Shown here: positions 48,710 through 59,908 of the stretch, piece after piece
Position numbering within the stretch: the stretch's first letter is position 1
How the letters are laid out: each line of letters begins with the position of its first letter
NCBI GenBank assembly: GCA_035531435.1
Contig: DATKSW010000041.1
Coordinates: 2,858 to 66,857 of the forward strand
Direction: 5' to 3'
Source of the DNA: Steroidobacteraceae bacterium
GTDB lineage: Bacteria > Pseudomonadota > Gammaproteobacteria > Steroidobacterales > Steroidobacteraceae
Length of the DNA stretch: 64,000 nucleotides
The notes under the pieces: generated by a model
The model's input: the letters and a program-made list of their open reading frames with translations, nothing else
Database searches by the model: none
What the model was told of the DNA's origin: nothing
Made by a program: the position numbers and the translations under genes

Positions 48710-49282
48710 TCAGGCTTTCAAGACACCCGAGAGTTTGGCCGCGTGTGTCGCCAGCGCATCCATCAGCGGCGGACTCAAGCAGTCGTACGGCTCTAGACCG
48801 AGTTCCTTGAGCCGGCTGCGTACCGCGCCCATATTTGCCGGATTCGCGCCCGCCTCGATGATCGAGGAGACAAACGCGGCGAAGGTCGGCGCCGACCAGC
48901 CGGACTGAGGCGACAATTCGCTGTGAACGAAATCGAGGCCGTAAAAGGCGTGCTTGGTGTTCTCGATGCGACCGAACATGTGGACGCCGCAGACTTTGCA
49001 GGCGTGCCGTTGTATCGTCGCCGATGGATCGACTACTTTCAGCTTGTCGCCGTTCTCCGTGACCGCGACTTTGTCGCGCGCCACGACGGCGACCACCGAA
49101 AACAACGCGCCTTTGGGCTTCCAGCATTTGGTGCAGCCGCAAGCGTGGTTGTGCGCGGTTTGCGCCTTGACGGATAATTTGACGGGCTTATCGGTGCACT
49201 TGCAAACCAAGGTCCCGCCGGCAAAGTCCTTCGACCCCTGCTTGACGCCGTTGTCGACCGACGGATGAATTGAAATTGCCAT
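48710..49282 (-). CDS. gfa: S-(hydroxymethyl)glutathione synthase (glutathione-dependent formaldehyde-activating enzyme)
   Basis: 190 aa with [10 protein letters not shown]...[11 protein letters not shown]...[11 protein letters not shown], the Gfa zinc-cysteine pattern. Confidence 0.9.
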   Translation of the reverse strand: MAISIHPSVDNGVKQGSKDFAGGTLVCKCTDKPVKLSVKAQTAHNHACGCTKCWKPKGALFSVVAVVARDKVAVTENGDKLKVVDPSATIQRHACKVCGVHMFGRIENTKHAFYGLDFVHSELSPQSGWSAPTFAAFVSSIIEAGANPANMGAVRSRLKELGLEPYDCLSPPLMDALATHAAKLSGVLKA

Positions 49283-49365
49283 GTTTTTGACTCCAGATAG
49301 TTGTCAACAGCCGCAGATTCTGCGCCCCAAACGATTCCTTGTTGCGCTTGCGGGTCCCGCACCCT

Positions 49366-50502
<1,137 letters not shown>

Positions 50503-50532
50503 TTAGCGCGTATGCCGTATGAAGAACACGTA

Positions 50533-50547
50533 GCAGCTTGCGTGCCA
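50533..50547 (-). promoter_or_regulatory. Sigma54-type promoter for adhC-gfa
   Basis: Minus strand reads TGGCACgcaagCTGC (GG and GC invariant dinucleotides at correct spacing), 58 nt upstream of the adhC ATG. Confidence 0.55.
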
Positions 50548-50655
50548 GCACAGCCCTCCAGAAAATAACGCTTGCCGATCAATCGGTTGCGTGCGGCCTT
50601 GGCGCGGATACGGGCGCGCTTGGTGCACGGTGTTACTGATCCGAAACAGTGGGTG

Positions 50656-51510
50656 CTACGAAACCGAAGCATTCAGCGCCGCGGCGTGATGGCGCAGATG
50701 ATCTTCCATGAAGGTGCTGATGAAGTAATAGCTATGGTCGTAGCCGGGTTGCATGCGCAGCGTCAACGCCTGTCCGGCGCCGCCGCAGGCCGCGGCGAAC
50801 AACTTCGGCCGCAGCTGCTCGGCGAGAAATTTGTCCGCATCCCCCTGGTCGATGAGGATCGTGCCCGAAAAACGCTTCGTTTTGACCAATTCGACGGCAT
50901 CGTACGTTTTCCAGTCCGCCGGGTTGCTGCCGAGATAGCGCGGAAACGCCTTCTGTCCCCAGGGGACCTGCGACGGCGCGACGATTGGCGCAAACGCCGA
51001 CACGGAGAGATATTGCCCGGGATTCTTCAGCGCGATCGTCAGCGCGCCGTGACCGCCCATCGAATGCCCGAAGATGCCCTGCTTTGTGTGCTGAATGGGG
51101 AAATTCGCGGCGATGACGTCCGGCAGTTCGCGGCACACATAGCTGTACATGTTGAAATGGCGCCGCCAGGGCTGCTGCGTCGCGTCCAAATAGAAGCCGG
51201 CGCCGCTGCCGAACTCCCAATCCGCGCCTTCGTCCGCTATGCCGGTGTTGCGCGGACTGGTGTCGGGGGAGATCAGCATCAGCCCAAGCTGCGCAGCAAC
51301 GCGCTGCGCGCCGGCTTTGATGACGAACGTCTCTTCGCTGCAGGTCAAGCCCGCCAAATAATAAAGGGCGGGCACGGCGCCGTGCGCTGCCTGTGGCGGC
51401 CGGTATACGGAGAAGCGCATCGGCGCTGCGCATACCGCCGAGGCATGGCGATAAAAACCTTGGATGCCGCCGAAACAGCGTTGCTCGGCAATGGTTTCAA
51501 GCGCAGTCAT
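50656..51510 (-). CDS. fghA: S-formylglutathione hydrolase
   Basis: 284 aa with FGGIQGFYRH..., GHSMGGHGAL, GYDHSYYFI. ATG 51510 preceded by GGAGA. The upstream 115 aa of the track ORF were rejected. Confidence 0.9.
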   Translation of the reverse strand: MTALETIAEQRCFGGIQGFYRHASAVCAAPMRFSVYRPPQAAHGAVPALYYLAGLTCSEETFVIKAGAQRVAAQLGLMLISPDTSPRNTGIADEGADWEFGSGAGFYLDATQQPWRRHFNMYSYVCRELPDVIAANFPIQHTKQGIFGHSMGGHGALTIALKNPGQYLSVSAFAPIVAPSQVPWGQKAFPRYLGSNPADWKTYDAVELVKTKRFSGTILIDQGDADKFLAEQLRPKLFAAACGGAGQALTLRMQPGYDHSYYFISTFMEDHLRHHAAALNASVS

Positions 51511-51770
51511 GGGGATTCTCCAAAGTTGGGCGATTGCCGATCGCCGCGGGGGCTTTCGGTGCAAAGCAGCGAGCATTGTAGTGGAGTAATCCGCCGCGGG
51601 TGTCAACCGCGAATCGACGCCGGCGGCGCGGCGCCGGGCCGGCGCAAATTTGTATCTAATCCAATACAAAGTGCGACAATTCTGCATCTCGGGCGTGACA
51701 CTGGCGGTTGCGTGTGCCCAACGGCGACCGCCAATTGCTCTGCCCGCGCCGCATAAGCGCCATTTGCTAT

Positions 51771-51785
51771 TGGTACGTCTTTTGC
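51771..51785 (+). promoter_or_regulatory. Sigma54-type promoter upstream of the porin gene
   Basis: TGGTACgtcttTTGC, one mismatch to consensus, 86 nt upstream of ATG 51871. Confidence 0.45.
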
Positions 51786-51870
51786 AGGAACTACACCTGT
51801 GGGTACGCCGGACGCCAGCGTTGCGCGGCGGCCACATGAAAAAGAAGCTACTCAAAGCGGAGGGAGTTTT

Positions 51871-53118
51871 ATGCTAACGCGTTCCAAACTGGTAATCGCA
51901 CTCAGTGCGGCGATTTGGATTGTTCCGATGACCCGCGCGGTCGCCGGAATCGACGTCACGGCCGGCGATTGGAAATTGGATTTTTCGGGCAACGTCAACG
52001 CGTTCTACGTGGACACCAATTGTGATACCGGGACAAACAACTCGGTGACCGGCGGCTTGGCGTGCACCGGCGACAAATCGGCGGCGGTGCGCAACGGGCT
52101 GCTCCCCGCCGCATTCGTGTTCAGCGCGACCACGCGTCAAGACAATCTCGATATCGGCGTGACGATCGGCATGTATCCCGGGATCAACAGTTCCGCGGCG
52201 CAGGGCGTCAACGGCGCGGGGCAGCCGTCGGCCTTGGCAACGCCGGGCATCGATGCCCGTCAGGCGTTCTTGACGTTCGGCGACGCGAGCTGGGGCACGG
52301 TGAAGATGGGACGCGACCTCGGCCTCTTCGGCAAGGATGCGATTCTCGACGACATGACGCTGCTCGGCGTCGGTTCGTCGACGAACAACGCGGCTCCGGG
52401 CAATACGAGCCTTGGGCGCATCGGTCTCGGCTATATCTATACGGACTGGGAGCCGCAGATCACGTACACGACGCCGACCTTCAGCGGCTTCAGCGCATCG
52501 GCCGGGGTGTTTCAGCCGCTCGACAGCGGTCTCTACATCAAGCACACGTCACCGCAATTTCAAATCGGCGGAAGCTATGCCTGGGGAGGCACCGGCGGCG
52601 GCTTGAGCGGCAAGGTGTGGGTCGACTACGTTACCCAGCAACTGCAGGCCCCGAGCGGTACGGCCGGTACCACGGGCACGGGGAGTACGATCGCGGGGAG
52701 CTTTACCGGCAACGGCGTCGACGGCGGCGTCAAGATCGGCATTGCGGGTTTCGAGGGCGTCGTCTACGGATATAGCGGAACCGGGCTCGGTACCACCGGC
52801 CTGTTCATTTTGGCGACTTCCGCCTTGGGCAATACGCGCGACTCCGACGGCGGCTATGTCCAGGCGAGCTACAAGTTCGATAGATTGAAAGTGGGTTTGA
52901 GCTACGGCATGTCCGAACTCAAGCAAGCCTCCGATGAGCGCGCGCTCCCTGCGACCGACTTGCTGAAGCGCAATTCATCGGTCGTCGGCGGCCTCTACTA
53001 CAGCTTGACGAAGAGCTTGACGCTGGTCGGCGAGTACATCCACACGAAAGCGGACGCTTGGAACGGCAATTCGGCGACGGAAAGAGATGTCGCGGTCGGC
53101 GCGATCCTCTTCTTCTGA
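51871..53118 (+). CDS. Gram-negative general porin (trimeric porin family)
   Basis: Signal peptide, GNVNAFYV start, alternating beta-strands, C-terminal VGAILFF. GGAGGGA before the ATG. Confidence 0.75.
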   Translation: MLTRSKLVIALSAAIWIVPMTRAVAGIDVTAGDWKLDFSGNVNAFYVDTNCDTGTNNSVTGGLACTGDKSAAVRNGLLPAAFVFSATTRQDNLDIGVTIGMYPGINSSAAQGVNGAGQPSALATPGIDARQAFLTFGDASWGTVKMGRDLGLFGKDAILDDMTLLGVGSSTNNAAPGNTSLGRIGLGYIYTDWEPQITYTTPTFSGFSASAGVFQPLDSGLYIKHTSPQFQIGGSYAWGGTGGGLSGKVWVDYVTQQLQAPSGTAGTTGTGSTIAGSFTGNGVDGGVKIGIAGFEGVVYGYSGTGLGTTGLFILATSALGNTRDSDGGYVQASYKFDRLKVGLSYGMSELKQASDERALPATDLLKRNSSVVGGLYYSLTKSLTLVGEYIHTKADAWNGNSATERDVAVGAILFF

Positions 53119-53223
53119 TCGGGAAATTGCAGCGTCGATCGCGTGCGGGCGACGCGTGAAGGAAGTGGTTCGGCGGCGCGGCTTGCGCGCCGCCGACCGC
53201 GCGGAGCAGATTCGAAATCCGGC

Positions 53224-53634
53224 TTATGCGGCGTCCATTTTCCGCCACGCCCGCCGCGCGCGCTCTATGTAGACTTGGGGTTCCTCGAGGAACACCTCCA
53301 AGGACGTGCCGCTCGAAAAACAATAAAGCTTGCCGTCGTCCGGATTGGTCCAATTCAAGGAGCAGTCCGCCTTGATTCGCGCGCCGGCCGCGATGCCGAG
53401 CGGATCGAAGTCGTCGAATTCTCCGTTCATCCGCCGCGGCGGTACGGCTGCCTTCCAGATGCCGAGCGGATGGCCGCGGGTCAGCGCCCGCGCCGGCGTA
53501 TCGCCATCGCGCCGTGCTTCGGCGGGCGCGGCAAGGCGTCCCGGCGGATGGGCGCATGAGGCGGCGGCGATGGCAACGGCCGCGCAGATGACGGCGATCG
53601 ATGCCGGCCGAAATGGTTCGCGGTGTTCGTGCAT
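53224..53634 (-). CDS. Putative lipoprotein with YHS-like C-terminal segment
   Basis: Signal/lipobox-like AIAAASC. C-terminal DGKLYCFSSGTSLEVFLEEPQVY resembles YHS-type metal-associated domains. Weak call. Confidence 0.4.
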   Translation of the reverse strand: MHEHREPFRPASIAVICAAVAIAAASCAHPPGRLAAPAEARRDGDTPARALTRGHPLGIWKAAVPPRRMNGEFDDFDPLGIAAGARIKADCSLNWTNPDDGKLYCFSSGTSLEVFLEEPQVYIERARRAWRKMDAA

Positions 53635-53683
53635 TTGGGTGTTATGAGCTACCCTTGCCAGTATCCTTTAAGAACCGTCCGGG

Positions 53684-55138
53684 ATGAGTGTGCCACCGAA
53701 TAGGCGCCGCACCAAATGCCATTGGCCGCTGCCGCGTAGCGCGGCCGGCGCACTATTAGGCGCCGCCCTGCTGCTGGCGGCCGCTTGTACCGTGTATCGC
53801 ACCGCGCCGCTAGACCCGCGCCGCAGCGCCGCCGATTTTGCGGCGCGACGACTCGACAGTCCGCAGGTGAGGGCAGTCGTTTTACGGCTGATTCCGCAAG
53901 CGGCCGCGCAATGGCCGCCAACCGCGTGGGATCGCGCCCAGTTGCTCGCGGCGGCGTTGGCGGACAATCCGCGGCTCGCGGTGGCCCGCGCCGAGGTGCG
54001 CTCGGCGCTTGCGCGCGAGACCACCGCGGCGCAACTGCCCAATCCCGATTTGATGCTGAGGTCCGAATACGCCCGCGACGATGCGCATCCCTGGCTTTAC
54101 GGCCTCAGCTTGAACTGGCTGATCCGATCGCCCGAGCGGCGCCGGCTAGAGATGAAAATTGCGCGCCTGGGCGCGGGCAACGCCGAGCTCGGCCTGATGA
54201 ACCGGGTTTGGAGCGTGCGCCTGCAACTGGACGCCGCACTTTCCGTTTTGCAGGATGCACGCCGGCGCATGGCGTTGCTTAAGAGTTTGAGTGCCGCTCA
54301 AGATCGGTTGCTCGCGCTGCAGCGGCGGCGCGTCGCGGCCGGCGAGGACCCGCCGGCCGAACTCGTCGGCGCGCAAAGGGCGCGCCTCGAGACCTTGCAG
54401 CAACAAGCGCATCTGCGTGCGCTTGCCGATGCGGCCGGCGCCGATGCGGCCGCAGCCTTGGGTTTGCCGCCGCGGGCGCTCGCCGGCGTGCGCTACGCTT
54501 GGCCGCACTGGGGAGCGCCGCCGCGCGTGGGCCCGAGCGCGTTGCGCGACGGCCGCGAACGGGCGCTGCTGTCGCGCGCCGATCTCGGCGCGGCGATCGG
54601 CGCGTACGCGGCGGCGGAGGCGCGGCTGAAAAGCGCCATCGCGCGCCAATATCCGCAGTTTACGCTGGGGCCTGGATATTACTGGGATCACGGCATCGCC
54701 AAATTCCCGCTGGATGTGGGGTTCACGCTGCCGCTGAATCGCAACCGGGGCCAAATTGCCGAGGCGCGCGCCGACCGCGAGCTTGCAGGGCAACGCATGC
54801 TCGCTCTGCAGGCCGCGATCTATGGCGAGATCGGCGGCGCGCGGCGCGCGGAGCTCACGGCGCGCGCAAGCGTCCGAACGGCCGAGCGAGAGCTGTCGGC
54901 GGTGCGGCGTCAGGCGCGGCAAGCGGATCTCGCTGTGAGCCTGGGAGAGTCGGGGGCCGAACGGCGTCTCGGCGCGGCGATCATCGTTGCGCGGACCGAG
55001 CTTGCGGTCGTGCAGGCGCGCGCGCAATTGCAGCGCGCGCGCATTGCGCTCGAGGATGCGCTGCATGCACCGTTGTCCGGACCCGAACTCGCGCTGGCGA
55101 CGACCCTATCCGAAGTTGGCGCCGGGGCTGGTTCATGA
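53684..55138 (+). CDS. Outer-membrane efflux factor (TolC/CzcC-like lipoprotein)
   Basis: Lipobox-like LLLAAAC, two OEP repeat halves with coiled-coil Ala/Arg/Leu-rich helices. Confidence 0.8.
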   Translation: MSVPPNRRRTKCHWPLPRSAAGALLGAALLLAAACTVYRTAPLDPRRSAADFAARRLDSPQVRAVVLRLIPQAAAQWPPTAWDRAQLLAAALADNPRLAVARAEVRSALARETTAAQLPNPDLMLRSEYARDDAHPWLYGLSLNWLIRSPERRRLEMKIARLGAGNAELGLMNRVWSVRLQLDAALSVLQDARRRMALLKSLSAAQDRLLALQRRRVAAGEDPPAELVGAQRARLETLQQQAHLRALADAAGADAAAALGLPPRALAGVRYAWPHWGAPPRVGPSALRDGRERALLSRADLGAAIGAYAAAEARLKSAIARQYPQFTLGPGYYWDHGIAKFPLDVGFTLPLNRNRGQIAEARADRELAGQRMLALQAAIYGEIGGARRAELTARASVRTAERELSAVRRQARQADLAVSLGESGAERRLGAAIIVARTELAVVQARAQLQRARIALEDALHAPLSGPELALATTLSEVGAGAGS

Positions 55139-56106
55139 TGCGCAAAACCGCCGGTTTGGCGGTCTTGCTGCTCGGCATGCCGTCGGCGTATCCCCTGCGC
55201 GCCGCCTTCGGCGACGACGTCCCCGCGGCACAGGCCGCCTTGCAAGCGGTGGCGCCTGCTCTAAGCCGCGCACAGCAGCAAGCGGTCGGCATCGTCGTCC
55301 GCCATCCGAGTGTCGTGGCGATGCCGCAGAGAACTCCGGCACTCGGGCGTGTGCTCGATGCGGCAATCCTGCTGGGCGATTTCGAGCGGCGCAACGCCGC
55401 GCGAACCGCGGCGGCCGCCGCCGCGGCCGAAACAGCGCGCTTGCAGGGGCTATACGACGGCGACGCCGGCGCCTCGTTGAAAATGCTGCAGGCGGCGCGC
55501 GCCCAACTCGCCCGGGCGCGCGCCGCCGCCGATTCCGCGAGCGCGCGCTTTGCATTGCGCTGGTCGCCGCTCGTCGCGCTGCCGGACAGCCGCTGCCGCG
55601 CACTGATCGACGCCGCGGTCAGCGGCCGCAGCCTGCTGCTGCGCGTCGACGTGGTCGGCCGGCACAGCATCGGCTTGCTGCCGCGCAAGGCGCTCGTGGA
55701 TGTCGATGGAATCCGGGTTCCCGGGCGGATCCTCGGCCTGCTGCGGCAAGCGGGAGCATCGCAGAGCGTCGGATTGCTGGTCGACGTCGATCACGCGCCG
55801 GCGGGCCTCGGCGCGGGCGCGCGCGTACCGGTCGATCTGCTCTCTTCGCGCCAATCGGGTGAACTACTGCCGCGCGATGCGCTGCTGTACGGCGACACCG
55901 GGGCCTTTGTCTACAAACAGATGCCGCGGGCGCCGGGCGACGAATCGACGCGTTACCAGGCGGTGAGGGTCAAATTGCTCCGCGCTTATGGAGACGGTTG
56001 GCTCGTCGACGGCGTCGCTGCCGGCGACGACATCGTGGTACACGGCGCAGGCGCGCTATGGTCGCTTCAAGGTTTGGGCAATCAACCCGCCGACGATGAA
56101 GACTAG
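55135..56106 (+). CDS. RND efflux periplasmic adaptor (membrane fusion protein), short form
   Basis: Signal peptide, alpha-hairpin Ala-rich segment, beta-barrel-like C-terminus (GDGWLVDGVAAGDDIVVHGA). ATGA overlap with the upstream stop. Confidence 0.7.
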   Translation: MMRKTAGLAVLLLGMPSAYPLRAAFGDDVPAAQAALQAVAPALSRAQQQAVGIVVRHPSVVAMPQRTPALGRVLDAAILLGDFERRNAARTAAAAAAAETARLQGLYDGDAGASLKMLQAARAQLARARAAADSASARFALRWSPLVALPDSRCRALIDAAVSGRSLLLRVDVVGRHSIGLLPRKALVDVDGIRVPGRILGLLRQAGASQSVGLLVDVDHAPAGLGAGARVPVDLLSSRQSGELLPRDALLYGDTGAFVYKQMPRAPGDESTRYQAVRVKLLRAYGDGWLVDGVAAGDDIVVHGAGALWSLQGLGNQPADDED

Positions 56107-56118
56107 GGCCGACGACGC

Positions 56119-59100
56119 ATGCTCGCCGCCATCGTTCGTGCCTCGCTGGCCAATCCGCGCATCGTCACCGCGCTTGCGTGCCTGATAGCGGTGCTCGGCG
56201 CCGCGGCGCTGGCGGCGGCGCGCTTCGACGTATTCCCCGATTTCGCGCCGCCGCACGTGCTCGTGCAGACCGAGGCGCCGGGCCTCGATGCGACACAAGT
56301 CGAGGCCCTGGTGACACGGCCGCTGGAAGGCCTGCTGGCCGGCACCGAGAACGTCAAGACGGTGCGTTCGACGTCAAGCCAGGGTCTGTCGGCGATTCAA
56401 GTGGTATTCAACCGCGGCGGCAATCCGTACCTGCAGCGCCAAGTCGTCACCGAACGCTTGGCGGAGTCCGCGAGTTTGCTGCCGATAGGCGTTGGGCCGC
56501 CGCTGCTCTCGCCTTTGAGTTCATCGATGGAGTATCTCGTGCATTTCGGCTACACCAGCGAGCGTCTGTCGCCGCTCGAGCTGCGCGATCTCGGGCAATG
56601 GGTCATCAAACCGCAGATCCTGGCGGTCCCCGGCGTGGCGCAGGCGCAGATCTTCGGCGGCGCGGTGCGCGAGCGACGCATCGACGTCGACCCGCTGAAG
56701 CTCGCGGCGCAGGGCTTTACGCTCGACGACGTGCTCGCCGCCGCCAGGCGCGCAACGATGGCGATCGGCGGCGGCTATGTGCAAACCGCGTCGCAGCGCA
56801 TCGTCATCGAGACGCGCCCCGCGGGCGCCACCGCGGGCGACCTCGCGCAGGCGCTTCTCGGAACGCGTGCGAATGCGCCGGTGCGTCTCGGCGACGTCGC
56901 ATCGATACGCGACGGCGCCGAGCCGCGCTTCGGCGATGCATTGATCGACGGTGAGCCGGGGATCCTGTTCGAAACCTCGACGCAATACGGCGCGAACACG
57001 CTGGAGGTCACGCGCGCGCTCGAAGAGCGCCTGAATGCGCTCGCGCCGGCATTGGCGAGGCAGGGCGTCACCTACCATCCGGCATTGCTGCGGCCGGCGA
57101 GCTTCATCGAGAATGCGATTGCGAAATTGCGCAATTCGCTGATCATCGGCGCGGCGCTGGTGGTCGCCCTCTTGCTGGTGACGCTGCGCGACTGGCGCGG
57201 CGCACTGGTGTCGTTCAGCGCCATCCCGCTGACTTTGCTGACCACCGTGTGGATACTCGAAATATTCGGTTTGAGCTTGAACACGATGACCCTCGGAGGC
57301 TTGGTGGTCGCGATCGGCGTGGTCGTCGACGACGCGGTCATCGACGTCGAAAACATACTGCGCCGCCGCCGCGGCGCCGCGCGCGACGCGGATTTGCGCG
57401 CGCTGTTCGTCGGCGCATCGCTCGAAGTGCGGCGGCCGGTGCTGTACGCGACCGCCGCGGTCGCCGTCGCGTTCCTGCCGATATTGATGATGTCCGGACT
57501 GCAGGGGGCGTTCTTTCGTCCCTTGTCGATCGCCTTCCTGCTCGCCGTCGGCCTCTCCCTGGTCGTCGCCATGAGCGCGACGCCGGCGCTGTGCGCGTTG
57601 GCGATGACCCATCATCAGCCGACGCCGGAAGCGGCCTTTCTGCGCCGCATCAAGCGTGGCCAATTGCGGACGATCGAATGGCTGCATCAACGGCCGCGCA
57701 CCTTGTTTGCGATCCTGCTGCTGAGCGGCGCCGCCGGCGTCGTTCTGCTGCCGATGCTGGGGGCGCGCCTGCTGCCTGATTTTCGCGAAAATTACCTGAT
57801 CGCGCACGCATCGCTGCGGCCCGGCGTATCGCTTGCGGAGACCACGCGGGTCGGCGAGCGCATCAGCAAGGGTTTGATGGCGATTGCCGGCGTCAAGAGC
57901 GTTGCCGAGCAGATCGGCCGCACGCAGAACGGCCAGGACCCCGACGCGCCGAACAAAAGCGAGTTCGAGGTGCAGATCGACCCACGGCAGGGCCGCAGTC
58001 CGAACCAGATCGAGGCGGCGATTCGCCGCGTGTTCGCGAATTTCCCGAATCAATTGGTCGAGATCTACTCGGTACTGGCGGAACGCATCGGCGAAACGCT
58101 GTCGGGAGAATCCGCGCCCTTCTCGATCAGCGTCATCGGCTCCGACCTCGACGCCGACGATCGCATCGGCGCGCAGATCGTCGGCGTGCTGCAGCACTTG
58201 GCAGGCAGCGGGGTCGTGCGCTTGACCGTGCCGCCGCGGCAAGTCGAGCTGCGCATCGAATTGCGGCCGAGGCAACTCGCGATCTACGGTCTATCCGCGG
58301 CGGATGTGCTGCAGACCGTCAATGCGGCATTTCACGGCAGTCTGGCCTCCCGCGTCGATCGGGCCGATCGCAGCCTGCCGGTGGTCGTGCGCATCGGCGG
58401 CGTGAGCGGCGCGCCGCAGGCGGTCGGCAAACTGCTGCTGCGCGGCCGCGACGGGGCGCTGACGCCGCTCGCAAACGTGGCGCGCATCGACACCGTGCTC
58501 GCCCGCAGCCTGGTCGATCATCAAGACGGATTGCGGCGTCAAATCGTCGTGGCGACGCCGAAGGGAGCCGACGAGGCTGGGTACGCGCGCGCCGCGCGCA
58601 ACGCGATCGCGGCGCAGATCCGCTTGCCGCGCGGGGTTTATCTTCAATATGCGGGGGCGGCCGCGGCCGAGAGCGCGGCCAGCCACGAACTCCTGCTGCA
58701 TTCGGCCGCCGCCTTCGTGCTGATCGTGCTGCTGCTCGGCCTGGCGTTCGGGCATGCGCGGCACGTCATCCTGGTGCTCTTGGCTTTACCCAGCACGCTG
58801 ATCGGCGGCGTCGCTGCGGTGGCGCTGACCGGCGGCACGCTCACCCTCGGTTCGATGGTCGGCTTCGTGGCGCTGTTCGGCATGGCGGCGCGCAACACGA
58901 TTCTTCTGGTGTCCCACTACGATCATCTTGTGAATGAGGAAAATCAGTCCTGGAACCTGCATACGGCGCTGCGCGGCGCCGAGGAGCGCCTGACTCCGGT
59001 GCTGCTGACCGCACTGCTGACCGGCTTGGCGCTGCTGCCGGTGGCGGTGCAGCTGCACCAGCCCGGACACGAAATCGAAGGGCCGATGGCGGTCGTGATA

Positions 59101-59220
59101 CTCGGCGGTCTGGTTTCCTCTACACTGGTGAGCCTGCTGTTGATTCCGCCGCTGGCGGCCCGTTGGCTGCACCCGGCGGCGGCCGGCGAACCAAACGCGG
59201 GGACGGCAATCATAGGGTGA
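56119..59220 (+). CDS. RND-superfamily efflux permease (CusA/CzcA-like N-terminus; substrate class unclear)
   Basis: 1033 aa, 12-TM two-lobe layout. N-terminus IVRASLANPRIV...FPDFAPPHVLVQTEAPG resembles heavy-metal RND pumps. TM4 reads AIGVVVDDAVIDVEN. Confidence 0.88.
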   Translation: MLAAIVRASLANPRIVTALACLIAVLGAAALAAARFDVFPDFAPPHVLVQTEAPGLDATQVEALVTRPLEGLLAGTENVKTVRSTSSQGLSAIQVVFNRGGNPYLQRQVVTERLAESASLLPIGVGPPLLSPLSSSMEYLVHFGYTSERLSPLELRDLGQWVIKPQILAVPGVAQAQIFGGAVRERRIDVDPLKLAAQGFTLDDVLAAARRATMAIGGGYVQTASQRIVIETRPAGATAGDLAQALLGTRANAPVRLGDVASIRDGAEPRFGDALIDGEPGILFETSTQYGANTLEVTRALEERLNALAPALARQGVTYHPALLRPASFIENAIAKLRNSLIIGAALVVALLLVTLRDWRGALVSFSAIPLTLLTTVWILEIFGLSLNTMTLGGLVVAIGVVVDDAVIDVENILRRRRGAARDADLRALFVGASLEVRRPVLYATAAVAVAFLPILMMSGLQGAFFRPLSIAFLLAVGLSLVVAMSATPALCALAMTHHQPTPEAAFLRRIKRGQLRTIEWLHQRPRTLFAILLLSGAAGVVLLPMLGARLLPDFRENYLIAHASLRPGVSLAETTRVGERISKGLMAIAGVKSVAEQIGRTQNGQDPDAPNKSEFEVQIDPRQGRSPNQIEAAIRRVFANFPNQLVEIYSVLAERIGETLSGESAPFSISVIGSDLDADDRIGAQIVGVLQHLAGSGVVRLTVPPRQVELRIELRPRQLAIYGLSAADVLQTVNAAFHGSLASRVDRADRSLPVVVRIGGVSGAPQAVGKLLLRGRDGALTPLANVARIDTVLARSLVDHQDGLRRQIVVATPKGADEAGYARAARNAIAAQIRLPRGVYLQYAGAAAAESAASHELLLHSAAAFVLIVLLLGLAFGHARHVILVLLALPSTLIGGVAAVALTGGTLTLGSMVGFVALFGMAARNTILLVSHYDHLVNEENQSWNLHTALRGAEERLTPVLLTALLTGLALLPVAVQLHQPGHEIEGPMAVVILGGLVSSTLVSLLLIPPLAARWLHPAAAGEPNAGTAIIG

Positions 59221-59288
59221 AACGGCTTCGCGACCGGCCGGGTATCGATTTGGCGAAAATAATCTCCAACAAGAGGACTGAAGAGACC

Positions 59289-59816
59289 ATGAAAAAGATT
59301 ACCGCAATTGCTTGTGCGGCTGCCATGCTGGCATCGGGGACGAGTTTTGCTGCGGCGCATTTGCTGCGCGTCAGGAAGACGGCCGCCATCGACGCCTCCG
59401 CGGCCAAGGTGTGGGGTTTGACCAAGAATTTCGACGGCTTGAACACCTGGCACCCGGCGGTCGCCACCGATGTGATCGTCTCCGGTACGAACAACAAGGC
59501 CGGCGCGGTGCGACTGCTGACCTTGAAGGGCGGCGGCACCATCAAGGAGCAGTTGATCTCCTTCGACGCCGCGCACCGCAAGTTCCGCTACCGGATTCTC
59601 GAGGGGGTATTGCCGGTCAGCCACTACACCTCGACGTTCATCGTCGAGCCGAGGGGCAAAAACAAGTGCACCGTGATCTGGGCGGGCTGGTTCAAGCGCA
59701 AGGATCTGAGTGCGCATCCCGCGGCCAAGGCAGACGACAAGACCGCGATCGACACGATCGGCGGCGTGTATACGGCGGGACTCGAGAATTTGAAGAAGAT
59801 CGCCGAAGCGAAGTGA
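59289..59816 (+). CDS. Secreted SRPBCC-superfamily (Bet v1/polyketide-cyclase-like) protein
   Basis: Signal peptide MKKITAIACAAAMLASGTSFAAA. ...VWGLTKNFDGLNTWHPAV...RYRILEG pattern of SRPBCC ligand-binding folds. Confidence 0.65.
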   Translation: MKKITAIACAAAMLASGTSFAAAHLLRVRKTAAIDASAAKVWGLTKNFDGLNTWHPAVATDVIVSGTNNKAGAVRLLTLKGGGTIKEQLISFDAAHRKFRYRILEGVLPVSHYTSTFIVEPRGKNKCTVIWAGWFKRKDLSAHPAAKADDKTAIDTIGGVYTAGLENLKKIAEAK

Positions 59817-59908
59817 GCACTGGGCCCGGCGTGGGGCGGGTGCTTCGCCCTGCGCCGGCCGGCATGCTGGACGCGCGCCGCGAATATGGTTTTCCACGTG
59901 GAAGTTGA

